Under the pieces are notes generated by a model, which saw only the letters and a program-made list of their open reading frames with translations, made no database searches and had not been told where the DNA came from. The translations under genes were made by a program, and so were the position numbers. A DNA stretch of 61,511 bases, the filler included, from Deltaproteobacteria bacterium (GTDB lineage: Bacteria; JAUYMQ01), in NCBI GenBank assembly GCA_030698575.1. It is 12 parts of 12 records of this genome, joined end to end, with 100 filler letters (N's around TTAATTAATTAA, not from the genome) between each part and the next. Parts side by side here need not be neighbours in the genome. Positions count along the whole stretch, not along the records: positions 58,709 to 61,511 come from JAUYMQ010000320.1; 11 more parts are not named here. One strand, written 5' to 3'. Position 1 is the stretch's first letter. The number at the start of each line of letters is the position of its first letter. Below, in pieces: positions 59,943-61,511 of this stretch.

Positions 59943-61511
59943 TCAGCGCGGACCCTCGGCTCGGACAAGCAGCTCCGCGAAATCGTAGTTCACGCTCGTC
60001 ACCCCGAAGTCCGGCTCACGCTGGAAGGGGCGGCGCACGTAGTGGACACGGCACGTATCATCCGTCAGAAACTCGACGATGGCCAGGATGAAGTCCTCCG
60101 GCTTGTTGAGGGAATAGAGGATCTCGTTCCTGGTGACCGTGATGGTGGCCGCCCCGGCTACCCGCCCCTTCACCTCGATGAAGCGCAGCCGGCCGGTGCC
60201 CGGGACGCGGCTCTCGATGTCGTAGCCGAGCTTCTCGTGCTCGCGGTCGGTGGGCTCGAAGCCGAGGCCCCGCTCGATCTCCATCACGATGGCGCGGGCC
60301 CGGGCGGCGGACGCCTGGGTGTCGGGGGACGTGGCCACCGGCGAGGCGCTCAGGCCGGTCATGGCGGCGATGAGCCCTGCGGGCACCACCAGCAGGCCGC
60401 CCAGGACCACGGGTGGCAGGGGGGCGATCTGGCCCTCCAGCTTCAGGTCCTCCAGGCGCTTCTCGAGGCGGGCCTGCAGGGCGTCGGCGCGCTTGCGGGC
60501 CTCGCCCGAGTTGAGCCGGGCGGTGGGCTTGCCCGCCTGCTCCTGGAGCTTGAGTTCTTCGGCGCGATGGTCCCAGTAGCTGATCTCCTTGGTGAGCCGA
60601 TCCTTCACCGCCGCCTCGGTCTTGGCGACCAGTTCCAGCTTACGCGCGCGCACCTCCGCGATGTGCTCGGGCACCACGTGGGCGACGGCGTGAGCCTGCG
60701 CTGTCTGTTCCAGCTCGCGGGTGATCCAGGCGCACTCCGGGCGGGCCAGCAGGGCCTCCACGCCCGGCTCGCCGGTGGCGAGGGGCCGGTAATCGAGGTA
60801 GGGCGCGTAGTGCAGGTGCCGCGCGTTGCCCGCCGCATCCAGCTCCACGTAGAGCATGCGCCTGGATACGACACGCCGCTCGCCGGAACGCGTCAGGCTC
60901 GCGTCCTGGATCGCGTGCTCCAGGTAGAACAGCACGCGGGGCGCGACGCCCGGGTCACGCTCGTCCACCAGCGCCGTGCCCCGGCGCAGGAGGTCGCGGT
61001 GGCGCTCCAGCGTGAGGTCGATCACGGCATCGAGCAGCGCGTGGCCGGGACAGACGAAGGCGGCCAGCGGCTGCCCTTGGGGCGCGATGAGCGCCTTCTC
61101 GAAGGCGATCCGTTCGTAGCGTGGCAGCACGGGCTCGCCGATGCCGATGAGGCGGTCGCGGTTGCGGACGGGCGCCGGGACATGCGTGATCTCGTAACGG
61201 CGGGGCTCTCGCTGCTTCGCCGTGCCGCCGAGCCGCCGGAAGGCCTCCAGGAAGAAGGACTCGATGTAGTGCGGCTGGAGCCGCCGGGCCTCGGCCCGCT
61301 CCATCTCCTCGCGGATGCGGTAGACGCGGCTCGCGTCCATGGCGTCGTGGGCGAGGGCGCGCTCTTCGAGAAGATCCTGGAGTTGGCGCCGGTCGAAGGC
61401 GTTGGCCACCACTTGCGTGAGGCGCGCGCGCACCTCGGGCTGCTCACCGTAGCGGATCGCCTGGATCAGCAGCTCGCGCAGCGGCCGGCCCTCGAACTGG
61501 AGCTTGCCGAG
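59943..61511 (-). CDS. SNF2-type helicase C-terminal region with DUF3883/NOV_C nuclease domain (5' truncated)
   Basis: ARRLQPHYIESFF, PGHALL, GYDIES...RFIEVKGR...VTRNE. Confidence 0.82.
   Translation of the reverse strand, partial: LGKLQFEGRPLRELLIQAIRYGEQPEVRARLTQVVANAFDRRQLQDLLEERALAHDAMDASRVYRIREEMERAEARRLQPHYIESFFLEAFRRLGGTAKQREPRRYEITHVPAPVRNRDRLIGIGEPVLPRYERIAFEKALIAPQGQPLAAFVCPGHALLDAVIDLTLERHRDLLRRGTALVDERDPGVAPRVLFYLEHAIQDASLTRSGERRVVSRRMLYVELDAAGNARHLHYAPYLDYRPLATGEPGVEALLARPECAWITRELEQTAQAHAVAHVVPEHIAEVRARKLELVAKTEAAVKDRLTKEISYWDHRAEELKLQEQAGKPTARLNSGEARKRADALQARLEKRLEDLKLEGQIAPLPPVVLGGLLVVPAGLIAAMTGLSASPVATSPDTQASAARARAIVMEIERGLGFEPTDREHEKLGYDIESRVPGTGRLRFIEVKGRVAGAATITVTRNEILYSLNKPEDFILAIVEFLTDDTCRVHYVRRPFQREPDFGVTSVNYDFAELLVRAEGPR

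Overview
This window is not one locus. It is 12 unrelated GC-rich bacterial fragments joined by 100-nt N spacers that contain TTAATTAATTAA, so gene context must not be read across spacers. (1) 1-8222: a copper/metal-redox cluster with CopA, YHS, cupredoxin and CcdA-like genes. It ends in two adjacent genes, each with an in-frame TGA followed by a near-identical SECIS-like hairpin: a BNR beta-propeller with a C-F-U motif and a TlpA-like UxxC thioredoxin. A RAPP-motif leader ORF precedes them. (2) 8323-11303: lepA 3' end plus a convergent ABC-ATPase/HNH (Septu-like) pair. (3) 11404-18351: a pomY-pomZ-pomX-like division-positioning cluster in an apparently non-myxobacterial context, an ArsR-SRPBCC pair, and an attC cassette array interrupted by an IS110-family element. 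(4) hydrolase-cyclase fusion, SDR and small enzymes. (5) a satellite/prophage-like primase module with HicBA and an IS4 end. (6) a GMC oxidoreductase pair and DnaA-box-like motifs. (7) an SpvB/FG-GAP/RHS protein behind a consensus sigma-54 promoter. (8) pyrF-rlmB, four tRNAs and tuf. (9) an ABC binding protein and TPR proteins. (10) cstA, two-component genes and feoAB with a Fur-like box. (11) RND efflux genes, an aminotransferase and rpoH. (12) a helicase-DUF3883 protein and a Schlafen/AlbA_2 protein with a chimeric end. The strongest novelty candidates are the tandem selenoprotein pair and the PomXYZ-like system. Family assignments come from motif recognition only; no searches were run.
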